DNA from: an uncultured Gemmatimonadales bacterium
GTDB taxonomy: Bacteria > Gemmatimonadota > Gemmatimonadetes > Gemmatimonadales > GWC2-71-9
Length of the DNA: 64,000 bases
Assembly: GCA_963821525.1 (NCBI GenBank)
Contig: CAWGED010000004.1
Location: forward strand, 352,001-416,000
Direction of reading: 5' to 3'
Shown here: piece by piece, positions 42,554 to 53,595 of the stretch
Numbering within the stretch: position 1 is the stretch's first letter
Layout of the letters: every line of letters starts with the position of its first letter
The notes under the pieces: model-generated
Told to the model about the DNA's origin: nothing
Seen by the model: only the letters and a program-made list of their open reading frames with translations
The model's database searches: none
Position numbers and translations under genes: made by a program

Positions 42554-43411
42554 CACCAGCTTCAGCACCTCGGCCACGACTACATCCGGCCGCTCCTCGT
42601 GGACATGCAGCCCGCAGTTGGGCACCGAATCGACGGCAAAGTTAGGAATCCGGTCCCGCATCGCCTGGACCTTGTGCGAGTTTATCCCGGAATCATGAGG
42701 TCCGGTTGGGAGCAGGAGCGTTACTGGCACCTTGATCTCGCTCAGGTGATTGGTGATCGAGTCGGGCTCGACCGCGTTGACCATGCCCTTGAGCACCTTC
42801 AACACTGCGCCGATGTCTCCCGCGGCTCCCTCGGTGTAGCCGTCGATCACCTCATTGGTGATCCACGTGGTATCCGTCGAGGAGGATATCAGGCCCTTGC
42901 GCACCTCGCTCCGAATCTTGCCCCGTCCCGCGAAGATCTTGAGCAGAAAACCGAACTTCACCGCCTTCTTAACCCCGGCCGTGGCCAGTTTCTCGTCCGG
43001 CCCGCCATCTATCGTGAGGATCTGAGCCACCCGATCCGGCCGGCGCACCGCCATTCGCAACGCCATCGAGGCCGAGACCGAGTGTGCGACGATCAGCGAG
43101 GGCGGAAGATGGAGGCTGTCCATCACCGCCGCGATACGGTCTGCCTGTGAGGTGAGCGAGTAATTCGCCTTGCCCGGCCGCGAGGAATTGCCGGTCCCGA
43201 GTGGCTCGATCACAATGAGCTGCAGCCCGTTCTCGGCCAGCGGCGGTATCACCTTGCGGAAAGCAAAGGCGCGGCCGGAGAGCCCCGGGATAATCACTAC
43301 CGGCGTCCCCGTACCCGTAATGGTGACGCGGATCGATTCCGCGGGAGCGGTCGTCACGGTGCGTACCACGGCACTGTCCAGCGCGACCAACAGCGAGAGA
43401 GCGAGCAGCAT
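42509..43411 (-). CDS. secreted alpha/beta hydrolase
   Basis: PVVIIPG, GTGNSSRP, nucleophile elbow VAHSVS, HVHEERP. Confidence 0.8.
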   Translation of the reverse strand: MLLALSLLVALDSAVVRTVTTAPAESIRVTITGTGTPVVIIPGLSGRAFAFRKVIPPLAENGLQLIVIEPLGTGNSSRPGKANYSLTSQADRIAAVMDSLHLPPSLIVAHSVSASMALRMAVRRPDRVAQILTIDGGPDEKLATAGVKKAVKFGFLLKIFAGRGKIRSEVRKGLISSSTDTTWITNEVIDGYTEGAAGDIGAVLKVLKGMVNAVEPDSITNHLSEIKVPVTLLLPTGPHDSGINSHKVQAMRDRIPNFAVDSVPNCGLHVHEERPDVVVAEVLKLVGNERRETGDGTNKK

Positions 43412-43650
43412 CAGGTCCAATACCTCGTGTATCAGAGTCAAACTGGGCCGGAATGTGGTGGGGTTGGGCAGAGGGGACAATCGCCCAGGGCAGATTACAG
43501 AAACCTCGTGTGCGTCGGACACGGGTAGGTCTGACCCGGGACCGCGGGGCTGGCTCCGAGGGGTGTGACTAACTGCTTGACCTGCTGGCGTTTGCGACTG
43601 TGACTCCCAATGGGGGGCGCGGCCTGATCGTTGCCCCTCTGACTTCTACT

Positions 43651-44404
43651 ATGCCGCAATTGTCTATTCGTCAGACGGTCATTCTCGCCGCGGGGTTCGG
43701 CTCACGGTTGAGCGCCACCCGGGGAGAATTGCCCAAGCCGCTGGTGCGAGTGGCGGGCAAGACTCTCCTCGATCACGCCCTGGCCCAGGCTGCCGCCGCC
43801 GGTTGTGATGAGGCCATCGTAGTTACCGGCAATGCCGCCGAGATGATTCGCGATCACCTCGCGAGCATCAGGACTGCGCTTCCGGTCAAGCTGGTGCACA
43901 ACGAACGCTATCAGGAACCGAACGGTGTTTCCCTCATGACGGCGGAGCCGTTGATTGACGGGCCGTTCTTCCTGCAGATGGCCGATCATCTTTTCGCCGA
44001 ACCGGTGCTTCCGATCCTGGCTGACCGTCTATCCGCCCCGGCGGGCTATCAGAGGTTGCTGGTGGACTTCAAGCCGGTCGGCATCGACGAAGACGACGCC
44101 ACCAAGGTGAAGGTGACAGCACGGACGGATCACCGCGATCGGGAAGGATGTCTGGGATTACGATGCGGTCGACACCGGGTACTTCCTGCTCGATCCTCGA
44201 GTCTTCGGTGCACTGAAAGAAGTCGCCAAGGTGGAGCCGCCTTCAGTCACCCTCGGCATGCGAAAGTTGATCGCGGCAAACCAGCTCGCGTCGGTTTCGT
44301 TGACCGGTGTTCGCTGGACCGATGTCGATACTCCGGAGGATTACTCCAAGGCCGAGGTACTGCTCGCGTCGGCCGGCCGGCGGCAGAAGATTGCGGCGAC
44401 CTGA
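43651..44404 (+). CDS. NTP transferase (phosphocholine/phosphonate/inositol-phosphate cytidylyltransferase-like); frameshift near 44120
   Basis: ILAAGFGSRL, PKPL, MADH, DDATKV, VDTG, WTDVDTPED. Confidence 0.85.
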
Positions 44405-44405
44405 T

Positions 44406-44520
44406 GGCGGGAAGGCGGTAGGGCGTAAGAAATGAAGAGGCCGAAGATGTTTCGGCCTCTCGTCTTTGGCATCTCCCGCCCGCTCCCGCCTCACCGCCCT
44501 CCCGCCCTCCCCGCCTTCTC
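44406..44520. repeat. inverted tandem 8-mer array (GGCGGGAA-type ... CTCCCGCC)
   Basis: Read directly; lies between convergent genes. Confidence 0.65.
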
Positions 44521-45630
44521 TGGCCCCCCCGCAAACACCCACTGCGCTCCCGTCATCGCTCCCGATACCAGGAAAATCACCGCCGACCAGATCACCGCGA
44601 CCAGGTCTACGTGCAGTAGCGCGCAAGGCAGGTAGAGGAAGGTGAAAGTCGCGCCGGGCGCCCATTTCGATCAAATCGTCAACCACCTGTTTGATCCCGC
44701 GCTTGCCGGCAGCCGGCTGACTGGTCGGGGCTGCCTTCTGTCCCCACCAGCGAATCGAGGTGACGCTGCCGCTTCCTCCGCCTCGGGTGAGCAGAGCGGC
44801 ATAAAGCGCAGCCTGATAAATCAGGTGTGAAATCACGCCCACCAGCGTGATCCAGCCCGCGGGAACCGATCCCGCCCGATAGAGCGTGTACCCCACTGCG
44901 GCGAAGTAGCCCACGTTGACCGCATCATCGAACAACTGGTCCAGCCATTCGCCGAGCCGGGATCGCAGATACTTGAGCCGACTGATTTCCCCATCGCAGC
45001 CGTCGAGTATCGACTGGACCAGGAGCAGCAGTGCGCCCGGGATAAGTCCGGACGTGCCTCGTATCGCCACTACCAGGATCGCGGCGAGACCGAACAGCGC
45101 CGCGACGACCGTCATCTGGTTGGGGGTAACCGGCCACTTGAGGAGCGCCCGGGTCACCTGAAGCGAGATGTGCCGGTTGAGTTTGCGGGAGACGATACCG
45201 TCGGTGGGTTTGAACAGAGTCTTGAGCAAGAAGACGTTCGGCCTGGTCTCGAGTGGCCGCGGTGTCGGTCGTCACGATGAACTCACCCGGTGCAAGCGGC
45301 GCTCTTTCGATGTCGGTGCTTTGGTCCCCCCGGGCAGTTGCTTGGGTATCGCCGGATGCCAGACGAGGCCGACATGCGCGGTCAACTCCGGCGGACCGGC
45401 GGACAGGTTGCCCCGAGCGAAGGGAGGGGGCGGACCGGCGGACTGGCGGACGGACGCGAACGTGAGTCTCGAATCCGTCGCCAGTTCGGCCGGCACACCG
45501 CCGGAACCTCGACCTCCGTAATGCCGGCGTCCTGCAGGGAGAGCAGCTGTCGCAACAGGACCGGAAGTCCGGCGACCACGGCTTCCGGGTCGCCCGCGGG
45601 CGGACCGATCAGCCTGGCATGACGAATCAC
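44491..45630 (-). CDS. CDP-alcohol phosphatidyltransferase with N-terminal degenerate NTP-transferase-like region; frameshifted
   Basis: KPTDGIVSRKLNR, TPNQMT, LDGCDGEISR..GEWLDQLFD; N-terminal VAGLPVLLRQL. Confidence 0.85.
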
Positions 45631-46460
45631 TCGCCGACCCTTCGCGGCTCGATGGCAACCAGGGCGGCGAGGTACACGTTGAGTGCCGTCGCGCAGAACG
45701 CCATGTAGACGGCGGTAGCGTCTGGCCAGACCGCCGTGAGCGCCAGAAACAGATAGGCGAGGGCGAAATGGGTTCCGATGCCGAGCCAGGTCCAGGCCCG
45801 CATGCGGCCGGCGTTCTGGCTGCGGTAGGCAACGGGATCGTTCACCGGGTCGATGCGCAGTGCCGCGTGCTGCGCCCTGGAATAGCGTTCGTAGACCGAG
45901 AAGAGGAACACGTCGCCCCAGCGACCGGCGGCCCGCGCCGCTTCCCGGTTTCGCATCACTTCGGCAACATCCTCCTCACGCTCGAGGTACCCGCCGCCAA
46001 CCCGCGCGATGTAACGGGTCTTGGCGTGATCAAACAAGGCTGATTGCAGCGCGGAGCTCGCCGCGCCCGCCAGTCCCAGCAGGGCGAACCAAAGGCTGTG
46101 GTAGTACATCACCATGAAATAGGACGCACCGATCGCCAGCGCGATTCCCACCAGATAATCCGTGATGCCGTCGAGGATGGCCCCCGTGGTCGAGGAGATA
46201 CCCCTCGCCCGCGCCAGTTGCCCGTCACAGCAATCGAGAACCACGGAGAGAAAGAGCAGCGCTCCGCTGACCAGGCACATGACCGGCCGGGTCACACCAA
46301 GGGCAAGGCAGACGCCGGCCAAAATGCCGGTGAACCCGCTGAGAAGGGTGACCTGATTGGGAGTGATCGGGGTGCGGACCAGCAGCGGGATGAGTCGTGC
46401 GGCGAGCGGGCGATGGATACGCAGGTCGACCAGCTCCTCGACTTCGACCGGTTTGCTCAC
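45627..46460 (-). CDS. CDP-alcohol phosphatidyltransferase family protein
   Basis: TPNQVT, LDCCDGQLAR..GAILDGITD. Confidence 0.9.
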   Translation of the reverse strand: MSKPVEVEELVDLRIHRPLAARLIPLLVRTPITPNQVTLLSGFTGILAGVCLALGVTRPVMCLVSGALLFLSVVLDCCDGQLARARGISSTTGAILDGITDYLVGIALAIGASYFMVMYYHSLWFALLGLAGAASSALQSALFDHAKTRYIARVGGGYLEREEDVAEVMRNREAARAAGRWGDVFLFSVYERYSRAQHAALRIDPVNDPVAYRSQNAGRMRAWTWLGIGTHFALAYLFLALTAVWPDATAVYMAFCATALNVYLAALVAIEPRRVGE

Positions 46461-46480
46461 CTCGCCCTTCTCTTTCCCGG

Positions 46481-47212
46481 TCAGCGGCCGGCGAAGCGGG
46501 CGCAGGCGTCTTCGAAGTCTTCGTAGCTGTCGATCTCGGTCCATTCGGCGCTGCTCACCGGAACGACGCTGAATGAGGTACCGCTGTCGATCATCCGCTG
46601 AAAACCTTCTTCGTAGAACACGTCGGTCCGGCCCGAGCGCACCAGATCATCCAGCGTGGGCCAGAGCCGCCCGAGGGCCGGGCCGCCGATCTTCTGGATG
46701 CCGATGGATTCTCCCGCTGCGACCCTGGGATCGATCGTCTTCGAAAGCCTTGTCACTCGTCCGCGAGAATCGAGCATCACCTTCATCTCCTCATCGGCGA
46801 GTTGCGCCTCCTGATCCACCAGCAGGGCACAGGCCTCTGCCTCGTCCATGAGACGACGGATCGCGTCGCCAGAAAGCACGACGTCCCCATCGCAAATGAC
46901 TAGCGACCCGGGTCCCAGGTGAGACCGCGCGGCGAGCAGGCTCACCACGTTGTTCGTGGTCGCGTAATCCCGATTGGGTGCGAGGGAAACTTCGAATGGC
47001 GGTGCGTGCTGCGCGAGATGTTCTTCGATGCGGTGGGCGAGATAGCCGGTCACCAGGACGCCACGCGTAATGCCGGCCTCGGCAAGACGCTCCAGCAACC
47101 GCTCAAGAATTGTCCGGCCGCCCACTTCGAGCAGGCACTTGGGAGAACTGTCGGTGAGGGGGCGAAGGCGCAGGCCGCTCCCCGCCACGAGGACAACGGC
47201 CTGCCGCCGCAT
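46481..47212 (-). CDS. cytidylyltransferase (LicC/PntC-like)
   Basis: LVAGSGLRLRPLTDSSPKCL, TNNVVSL, DGD, EEMKV, GESIG, WTEID. Confidence 0.88.
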   Translation of the reverse strand: MRRQAVVLVAGSGLRLRPLTDSSPKCLLEVGGRTILERLLERLAEAGITRGVLVTGYLAHRIEEHLAQHAPPFEVSLAPNRDYATTNNVVSLLAARSHLGPGSLVICDGDVVLSGDAIRRLMDEAEACALLVDQEAQLADEEMKVMLDSRGRVTRLSKTIDPRVAAGESIGIQKIGGPALGRLWPTLDDLVRSGRTDVFYEEGFQRMIDSGTSFSVVPVSSAEWTEIDSYEDFEDACARFAGR

Positions 47213-48385
47213 TCAAGCTGGAAGTTGTCTGGCCCGAAGCGGGGTCTCGCGCTGAGCAAGGCCCGACACCTCGGCCGCCGCTTCGAGGAAGTCGTCCACC
47301 ATGGCCGAATCGATGTGACCCATGTTGGCGACGAGGAAGGTGTCGTGGCTGATCGGACCCTTGCCACGGTAGACCAGGAAGCCGCGGTCCCGCATGCCGG
47401 CGTAGAACACGTCGAACGTCATACCCGGAGGCAGCTGCGCCACGGACAGCGACAGGCGTTGCCCAGCGTTTCGAACCGGAGCTTGAAGCCGAGCGTCTTG
47501 AGCCCTTCGCGGATCTGCTGGTGCAACGCCTGGTAGCTCGCCCGGCGGGCCGACGTTCCACCCTGATCTTCCAGCTCGCTGAGCGCTTCGTCGAGTGCGG
47601 CGATGGCCGTCACCGGAGGAGTGAAGGCGTTGGCCGCTCTCCCTCGCCGCCGCGCGATAGCGCCTCAAGTCGAGGTACATCGAGCGGGGCCGCACGTGCT
47701 CGGTGTCTTCCCAGAGATCGTGCTTCACCAGCACGAACCCGAGTCCCGCCACACTGTGCAGGCACTTGTTGGCGCTGCCGATCACGACGCTGGCGCGGGC
47801 CCGCACCGTGTCGAACTCTTCGGCGCCCAGGCTCGAGACCACGTCCACCAGGAACCGAATGCGGCGCGGCGCAAGAAGGCGGCCCACCTCGACCACTGGA
47901 TTGAGCCGCCCGACTGAAGTCTCGTGATGCACCATCGCGACCGCGCGAATCCGCGAGTCGCCCTCGAGCATGCCGGTGATCTGCTCGAGCACCACCCGGT
48001 CGCCCCACTCATAGCGCAGGTGGCTCACCGGAATTCCCAGTGCCACCGCAATCTCCGCCATCCGCTCCCCGAAGGCGCCGTTCGAGACCACGAGCAGCCG
48101 CTCTTCCGGCGCGATGAAGGTCGCGAAGGCCGCCTCGGTCGCGGCGGTTCCGCCGCCGCCCAGCACCAGCGCTTCGTGCTCCGGCGCGGACGCCACGCCC
48201 TTCAGCCGGGCGCGTACCCGATCAAGCAGCTCCACGAAGAGATCGTCGCGATGCGCGATGTCGACGCGAGACATCGCATGCCGAACCCGTGGGCTGGTGA
48301 GAACGGGACCAGGGCAGAACAGTTTGAGCTGCCCTGATTCGACTGACACCTTGGTGCCGTGGCGGATGGCGATGTGTGATTTCAT
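47213..48385 (-). CDS. class V PLP aminotransferase, 2-aminoethylphosphonate transaminase-like; compensating internal frameshifts
   Basis: PGPV, SNGAFGERM, VHHETSVGRLNP, DVVSS, SANKCL, GFLVYRGK. Confidence 0.85.
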   Translation of the reverse strand: MKSHIAIRHGTKVSVESGQLKLFCPGPVLTSPRVRHAMSRVDIAHRDDLFVELLDRVRARLKGVASAPEHEALVLGGGGTAATEAAFATFIAPEERLLVVSNGAFGERMAEIAVALGIPVSHLRYEWGDRVVLEQITGMLEGDSRIRAVAMVHHETSVGRLNPVVEVGRLLAPRRIRFLVDVVSSLGAEEFDTVRARASVVIGSANKCLHSVAGLGFVLVKHDLWEDTEHVRPRSMYLDLRRYRAAARESGQRLHSSGDGHRRTRRSAQRAGRSGWNVGPPGELPGVAPADPRRAQDARLQAPVRNAGQRLSLSVAQLPPGMTFDVFYAGMRDRGFLVYRGKGPISHDTFLVANMGHIDSAMVDDFLEAAAEVSGLAQRETPLRARQLPA

Positions 48386-48556
48386 CACGATCTCATTTGG
48401 GATGACGACCAGCGGCCCCAACCTCACCACTGATCGCCTATCTCGTTTACCAACAACAGCTTAGAGACGCACCTACCGCGTCTCTACCGTGTCAGATGAA
48501 CCCAACTTCCTAGTCGGGAATGGGTTATGTGGCAGGAAGCAGGCCCCCAGAGGGGC

Positions 48557-49699
48557 TTAGGGCGTAACGGCGAGGCGGGCGGTAATAAAGTCGCGGATTC
48601 GGATGGCGCGGCTGTCCCAGGTCAGCCCCCGGACGGCCTCCATGGCCCCGGCGCTGAGCCGCTCGGCCAGGGCCGGGTCGCTGGTTATCCGGCGCAAGGT
48701 CGTGAGCAAAGCCTCGAGATCTCCGGGCGGGACCAGGGCGGCGTTGACCCCGTCCTTGAGAAGCTCGGCCGTGTCCGGTGCCTCCGGCGCCAGTACCACT
48801 CGGCCCGCCGCGAGATAGAGAAACAGCTTGATCGGGAGGACGGTATTGCCGTGACGCTGGAGCGGTTCGAGACTCGGCGGGATGATCAGCACGTCGGCCG
48901 CGTAGAGGTACGGGGCCAACTCGCTGAATTTCTGCCAGGGCACAACTCGCACGTTGGAGAGCTCCCTGGCCTCGGACTCGATGCTCCCTTCTCCCTCGGA
49001 CCCGACCAGTACCAGAGTCATGTCTTCCATCCTGCGGGCCGCCCCGAGCAGAATTTCGAGCCCCTTCTTGCGATTTACTCGGCCGGTGTAGACTGCGACC
49101 GGTTTTTCCGCTGGAAGCCCGAGCTGCAGCCGCGCCGCCTGGCGAGAGAGGCGCGGCTCCATCCGTCGCGGATCCCACCCGTTGTGCGCCACCATCAATC
49201 GTTCGGGTGGCGCGCCCAGGTTGATGTAGCTCTGTCGAGTATGATCGGAGTGAAAGACCGCGCCGACCAGCCTTGGATGGTGCACGATCCAGCGCAGCAC
49301 GGGGCGGAGTGCGGGATATTGATCTCCCCAGGGGCGGAAGTGTTCGTACACCACTCGATGCCCATGGCGAAGCAGCGTTACGACGCTGGGCAGGTTCCGC
49401 GTGTAGGCGAGGTCGGCTGCTCGAGTGCGCTCGTCGCCGGCTACGCGGAACGCGTGGCTCCATTTCTCGAAGAAGCGAGCGCCAAAGGGAGACTTGGGGA
49501 GCAGTCCGACCTCGAAGGGACCCTCGACTTGGAAATACTCCCGGAGTGCCGCGGGTTGGGGCGCGTCGTTCGAGACGCTGGGAATCAGCAGCTGGACCGA
49601 AACGCCATTGCGGCCGAGGGCGGCCACGGTGTTGACCACCTGCTCGGCGTCCGCGCCGGTATGGGGCAACGGCTCGTCGTACGCGTAGGCGATTTGCAT
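48557..49699 (-). CDS. GT4-family glycosyltransferase
   Basis: YTGRVNRKKG, AADVLIIP, PIKLFLYLAAG. Confidence 0.9.
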   Translation of the reverse strand: MQIAYAYDEPLPHTGADAEQVVNTVAALGRNGVSVQLLIPSVSNDAPQPAALREYFQVEGPFEVGLLPKSPFGARFFEKWSHAFRVAGDERTRAADLAYTRNLPSVVTLLRHGHRVVYEHFRPWGDQYPALRPVLRWIVHHPRLVGAVFHSDHTRQSYINLGAPPERLMVAHNGWDPRRMEPRLSRQAARLQLGLPAEKPVAVYTGRVNRKKGLEILLGAARRMEDMTLVLVGSEGEGSIESEARELSNVRVVPWQKFSELAPYLYAADVLIIPPSLEPLQRHGNTVLPIKLFLYLAAGRVVLAPEAPDTAELLKDGVNAALVPPGDLEALLTTLRRITSDPALAERLSAGAMEAVRGLTWDSRAIRIRDFITARLAVTP

Positions 49700-49755
49700 T
49701 GGGCTGGCCAAGGTACTTGGTCCGCCCTCCACGCCGCCACTACCTTGGAGGCCGA

Positions 49756-51012
49756 ATGCCCACGGTCCTCCTGATCACGCCGTATTTCCCTCCGATGAGC
49801 GTGGTCGGGGCGAAGCGGCCGCTGAACCTGGTCCGCCACCTCCCCCGTTTCGGCTGGCAGCCAGTGGTACTCGCCGGCGACCCCGCGGGGGAGAACGTTG
49901 ATCTCGGGCTCGCCGACCTGATCCCTGCCGATCTGCCGGTGAGTTACGCCTACGGCGAAGGGAAACAGGCCTCGAGTGGGTCCGCCCCACGCCCGCGGGA
50001 GAAAGAACGCCGGTTCCTCGGGTGGGACGCCGGCTACATCACTCCCTTCGATCGCTATCTATGGCACAACGCTGCCGCCCTGCACGAAGCGGCGCACCTC
50101 ATCGAGCAGCACCGGCCGAGCGCGGTGGTGGTCTGTGCCGATCCGTGGTCGCCGCTGTTGGTGGGCATGAAGCTGGCGCATTCGCCCGGACTGCCACTTG
50201 TGGTGGACTTCCGGGATCCCTGGTCGCTCCAGCGAGCCAAGATGGCGCTGCGTCCGCCGCCCACCCGCTGGATCATCCGGCAGACGGAATATCGAGTGTT
50301 CCGGACCGCGCGACGCATCGTGCTCAATACCGAGGAGTGCCACGATGCGTACACCGCCGCGTACCGGGGCCGCGTTCCGTCGGAGCGCTTCACCTGCATC
50401 CGGAACGCCTTCGATCTCGGAGTTTTCAAGGAGGCTCCGGTTCAGCGAACCGACCGGTTCACGGTACTTCACTTCGGGCATTTCCGCCGGCTGGTTCCTT
50501 CCGAGCCGCTGCTCAAGGGCTTCGCCAAGTTCGTACAGCGCGAAGGGCTCGGTGCGGACAAGGCAGCGCTGGTGCTGGCGGGGACTCCGCGAGAGGAAGA
50601 CCTGCGGCACGCCTCGTCGCTTGGTATCGCCGACTACGTGGAAAGCCGTCCACCGATCCCCTACCGCGAGGCGCTCGGGGTGATGCGCAGTGCGGATGTG
50701 CTGGCGCTGGTGACGGTGGGAGACATGGCCCTCACGGTGCCCGCCAAACTCTACGATTACCTCGCGGCCCGTCGTCCTATCCTGGCGATCACTGATCAGC
50801 CCGAGCCGGGTCGGATCGTTGACCAGACCGGAGCAGGCGTCGTGGTGCCTCCGGCGAATCCCGAGGCGATCGCGGCGGGGCTGGCGCGACTTCGCGCGCG
50901 CTGCCAGGCGCCCGATCGGGGAGAAATCCCCGCCGAGTCGGTGAGTGCCTTCGACGCGGAGGAGCAGGCACGTCGCTTCGCCGCGGTGCTCGAGGCGGCA
51001 ATCGCGCGATGA
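49756..51012 (+). CDS. GT-B (GT4-like) glycosyltransferase
   Basis: YFPP, VDFRDPW, PAKLYDYLAARRPIL. Confidence 0.88.
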   Translation: MPTVLLITPYFPPMSVVGAKRPLNLVRHLPRFGWQPVVLAGDPAGENVDLGLADLIPADLPVSYAYGEGKQASSGSAPRPREKERRFLGWDAGYITPFDRYLWHNAAALHEAAHLIEQHRPSAVVVCADPWSPLLVGMKLAHSPGLPLVVDFRDPWSLQRAKMALRPPPTRWIIRQTEYRVFRTARRIVLNTEECHDAYTAAYRGRVPSERFTCIRNAFDLGVFKEAPVQRTDRFTVLHFGHFRRLVPSEPLLKGFAKFVQREGLGADKAALVLAGTPREEDLRHASSLGIADYVESRPPIPYREALGVMRSADVLALVTVGDMALTVPAKLYDYLAARRPILAITDQPEPGRIVDQTGAGVVVPPANPEAIAAGLARLRARCQAPDRGEIPAESVSAFDAEEQARRFAAVLEAAIAR

Positions 51013-52527
51013 CCGCTCCCGACGCGCTGGCGGAACGAAAAGAGGTCGCGGCCGGTGCCGGCCTCGCCTCGTTCGGGCAGTTGATCAGCGGAGTGTTCAA
51101 TCTCCTCCTGTTGATGGCGCTTACGCGGTCGCTCTCCAAGGCGGAGTTCGGGCTCTTCTCGCTCGTTTACCTGATCCAGGACACGGCAAGCGTCCTGTTG
51201 CCGCTTGGGTTGCCTGCGGCCCTCGCCTATTTCGTGCCCCGCCGTGGCGATGCTCATGCGCGCGCTCTCGGGTTCTGGACCGGCATACTGCTCGGCCTGC
51301 TGGCGATCCCCGCGACCCTTGTCCTCTGGTTCATCGGCCCGCTCCTGTCGACCAGCCCCGAGACATCCACGGTGTTTCGGCTGCTCGCGGTGTTTGTATT
51401 GCTGGACTTCCCGTCCCAGGCGCTCCCGGCCTATCTGCTGGCCCGCAGGGCCTATCGCGGATTCTTCCTGATCACTCTGCTGTTTTCGCTAACCCGAACC
51501 GTGTCGCTCGCGTTACCAGCGATGCTCGGTGCGACGCTCCCCACCATCATGGCGTGGTTCCTGGTTGCGGCCGGGGTCCGGCTGGTGATGTATCTGGGCT
51601 ACTTCCTGGGATTCACCGAGGGCCATTTGGACTGGAAGGAGGTTAAGCCGGGGGAGCTGTTCGGCTTCGGAGTACCGCTTTCGGCGGCGAACATTGTTTC
51701 CAAGCTCAATGTCCAAGCCGACAAATACATGGTGTCCCTGGTCGCGGGACGGGAAGTGCTGGGACCTACACAGTCGGCGCGACCGAGCTTCCGTTGGTTC
51801 CGTCGCTGGCCTATTCGGTGACCAACAGCCTGGTGCCGACTCTGAGTCTGGCCCACGCCCGCGGGGATCGGGAAAGCTTCCGGCGCTACTGGCATGATTC
51901 CATGATCAAGGTCGCCGAGATCATCATGCCGGTCTTCTTCTTTTTCCTGCTGCTCGCCGGTCCGGCGATCCGGGTGCTGTTCTCCGCCAGTTTCGAGGCG
52001 GCCGTCATTCCCTTCCGCGTCTACCTGCTCGTGCTGCCCTTGCGGTTGTGCTCCTACGGGGCGGTCCTGCGCTCATTGGGGGAAACCCGGGCGGTATTCA
52101 CCTCGGCGATCGCGGCCCTCGCGGCCAACCTGATCCTGATCCTTCCGCTCTACTATCTGCTGGGGCTCGCCGGTCCCGCCGTGGCCGCCGTCATTGGGCA
52201 GCTGGTGATCATCAGCATGCTGCTGGTCCGGATCCGCGCCGCGCTCGATATCCACTGGTCGGAGCTACTGCCCTACCGGCCATTGAGAAAGACCATTCTC
52301 ACGGCCGGTGTTTCGGCGCTTCCTCTCCTCGGCCTTTCTTTCTGGCAGGCGCCCGATGGTCTGCGGCTCCTCATCGGCGTGGCAACGATGGTCCCCCTGT
52401 ACTCATCCTGGGGCACCGGACCGGGGTCATCGCGCCGAAAGATCTGGAGTATCTGTGGCACCTATTCACTCTCGGGAGCCTGCGGCGGCGTGAGAGTGAG
52501 GGTACCAAATCGTGGGACGATTCGTGA
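51009..52527 (+). CDS. Wzx-type oligosaccharide flippase; frameshifted
   Basis: Many TM helices, LTRSLSKAEFG, ADKYMVS. Confidence 0.85.
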
Positions 52528-52635
52528 CGACTGCGGGGAGCTTCCACCGATGGAGGCGATTGGACCCGGGCGCGGCACATCGCGTTGCTGGCGATGGTCA
52601 GCGGCTCCATCTTTGGGAGCAGCAACCCTTCCCAC

Positions 52636-53595
52636 ATGAGCGGTCTTGAGCCCATGAGCGATCGTGATCCAGCGAGCCACCGGGTTACGGTGGTCATCCC
52701 GGTGTACAACGCCGAGCGTTCGCTGAAGCAACTGGTGCACGAGTTGATCGAGGTGCTCAGAACTCTCGGTCCCGCCTTCGAGGTGGTGCTCGTCGATGAC
52801 GGAAGCCGGGACGGCAGCTGGCAGGAGGTTGTCGGACTGGCGGCTCAGTTCGCCGAAGTGCGTGGCATCCGCATGATGCGCAACTTCGGTCAGCACAACG
52901 CGATCCTTTGCGGGGTCCGGGAGGCGCGGTTCGAGGTCGTGGTGACCATGGATGATGATCTCCAGCACCCCCCGCATGAGATTCCCCGTCTGCTCCACGC
53001 CCTGGAGGGAGCCGACGTCGTCTACGGCACGCCGCGCGGTGAGCAGCACGACGTCTGGCGCGCGGTCGCGTCCCGGGTCACGAAGCTTGCGTTGCAGAGT
53101 GTGATGGGGGCAGAAACGGCGAGAAGTGTAAGCGCGTTTCGGGCTTTCAGGACGCAGCTTCGCCGCGCCTTCGATGACTATCGTAGTCCCTTCCTCTCTA
53201 TCGACGTGCTTCTGACCTGGGCCACCACCCGGTTCACGGCTATCGAGGTGGAGCATCGTGAGCGGCAGTATGGCGTATCGAACTACAGCTTCCGTCAGCT
53301 GGTGGCCCACGCCGTCAACATGATGACGGGTTTCAGCGTCCTGCCGCTTCAGATCGCCAGCATCACCGGCTTCGTCTTCACGGTCTTCGGTCTCGCGGTC
53401 CTCGCCTTCGTGGTCGGGCGCTACCTGATTCACGGCACCACTGTTCCGGGCTTTTCGTTTCTTGCGTCGGTAGTGGCCATCTTTTCCGGGGCGCAGCTCT
53501 TCGCCCTGGGCATCATCGGCGAGTATCTGGCCCGGATGCACTTCCGCATGATGGAACGGCCCACTTACGCAGTGTCCGAGACCACGGAGCAATGA
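52636..53595 (+). CDS. GT2 polyprenol-phosphate glycosyltransferase (ArnC/GtrB-like)
   Basis: VIPVYN, VDDGSRD, RNFGQHNA, MDDDLQHPP, two C-terminal TMs, GIIGEYLAR. Confidence 0.92.
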   Translation: MSGLEPMSDRDPASHRVTVVIPVYNAERSLKQLVHELIEVLRTLGPAFEVVLVDDGSRDGSWQEVVGLAAQFAEVRGIRMMRNFGQHNAILCGVREARFEVVVTMDDDLQHPPHEIPRLLHALEGADVVYGTPRGEQHDVWRAVASRVTKLALQSVMGAETARSVSAFRAFRTQLRRAFDDYRSPFLSIDVLLTWATTRFTAIEVEHRERQYGVSNYSFRQLVAHAVNMMTGFSVLPLQIASITGFVFTVFGLAVLAFVVGRYLIHGTTVPGFSFLASVVAIFSGAQLFALGIIGEYLARMHFRMMERPTYAVSETTEQ

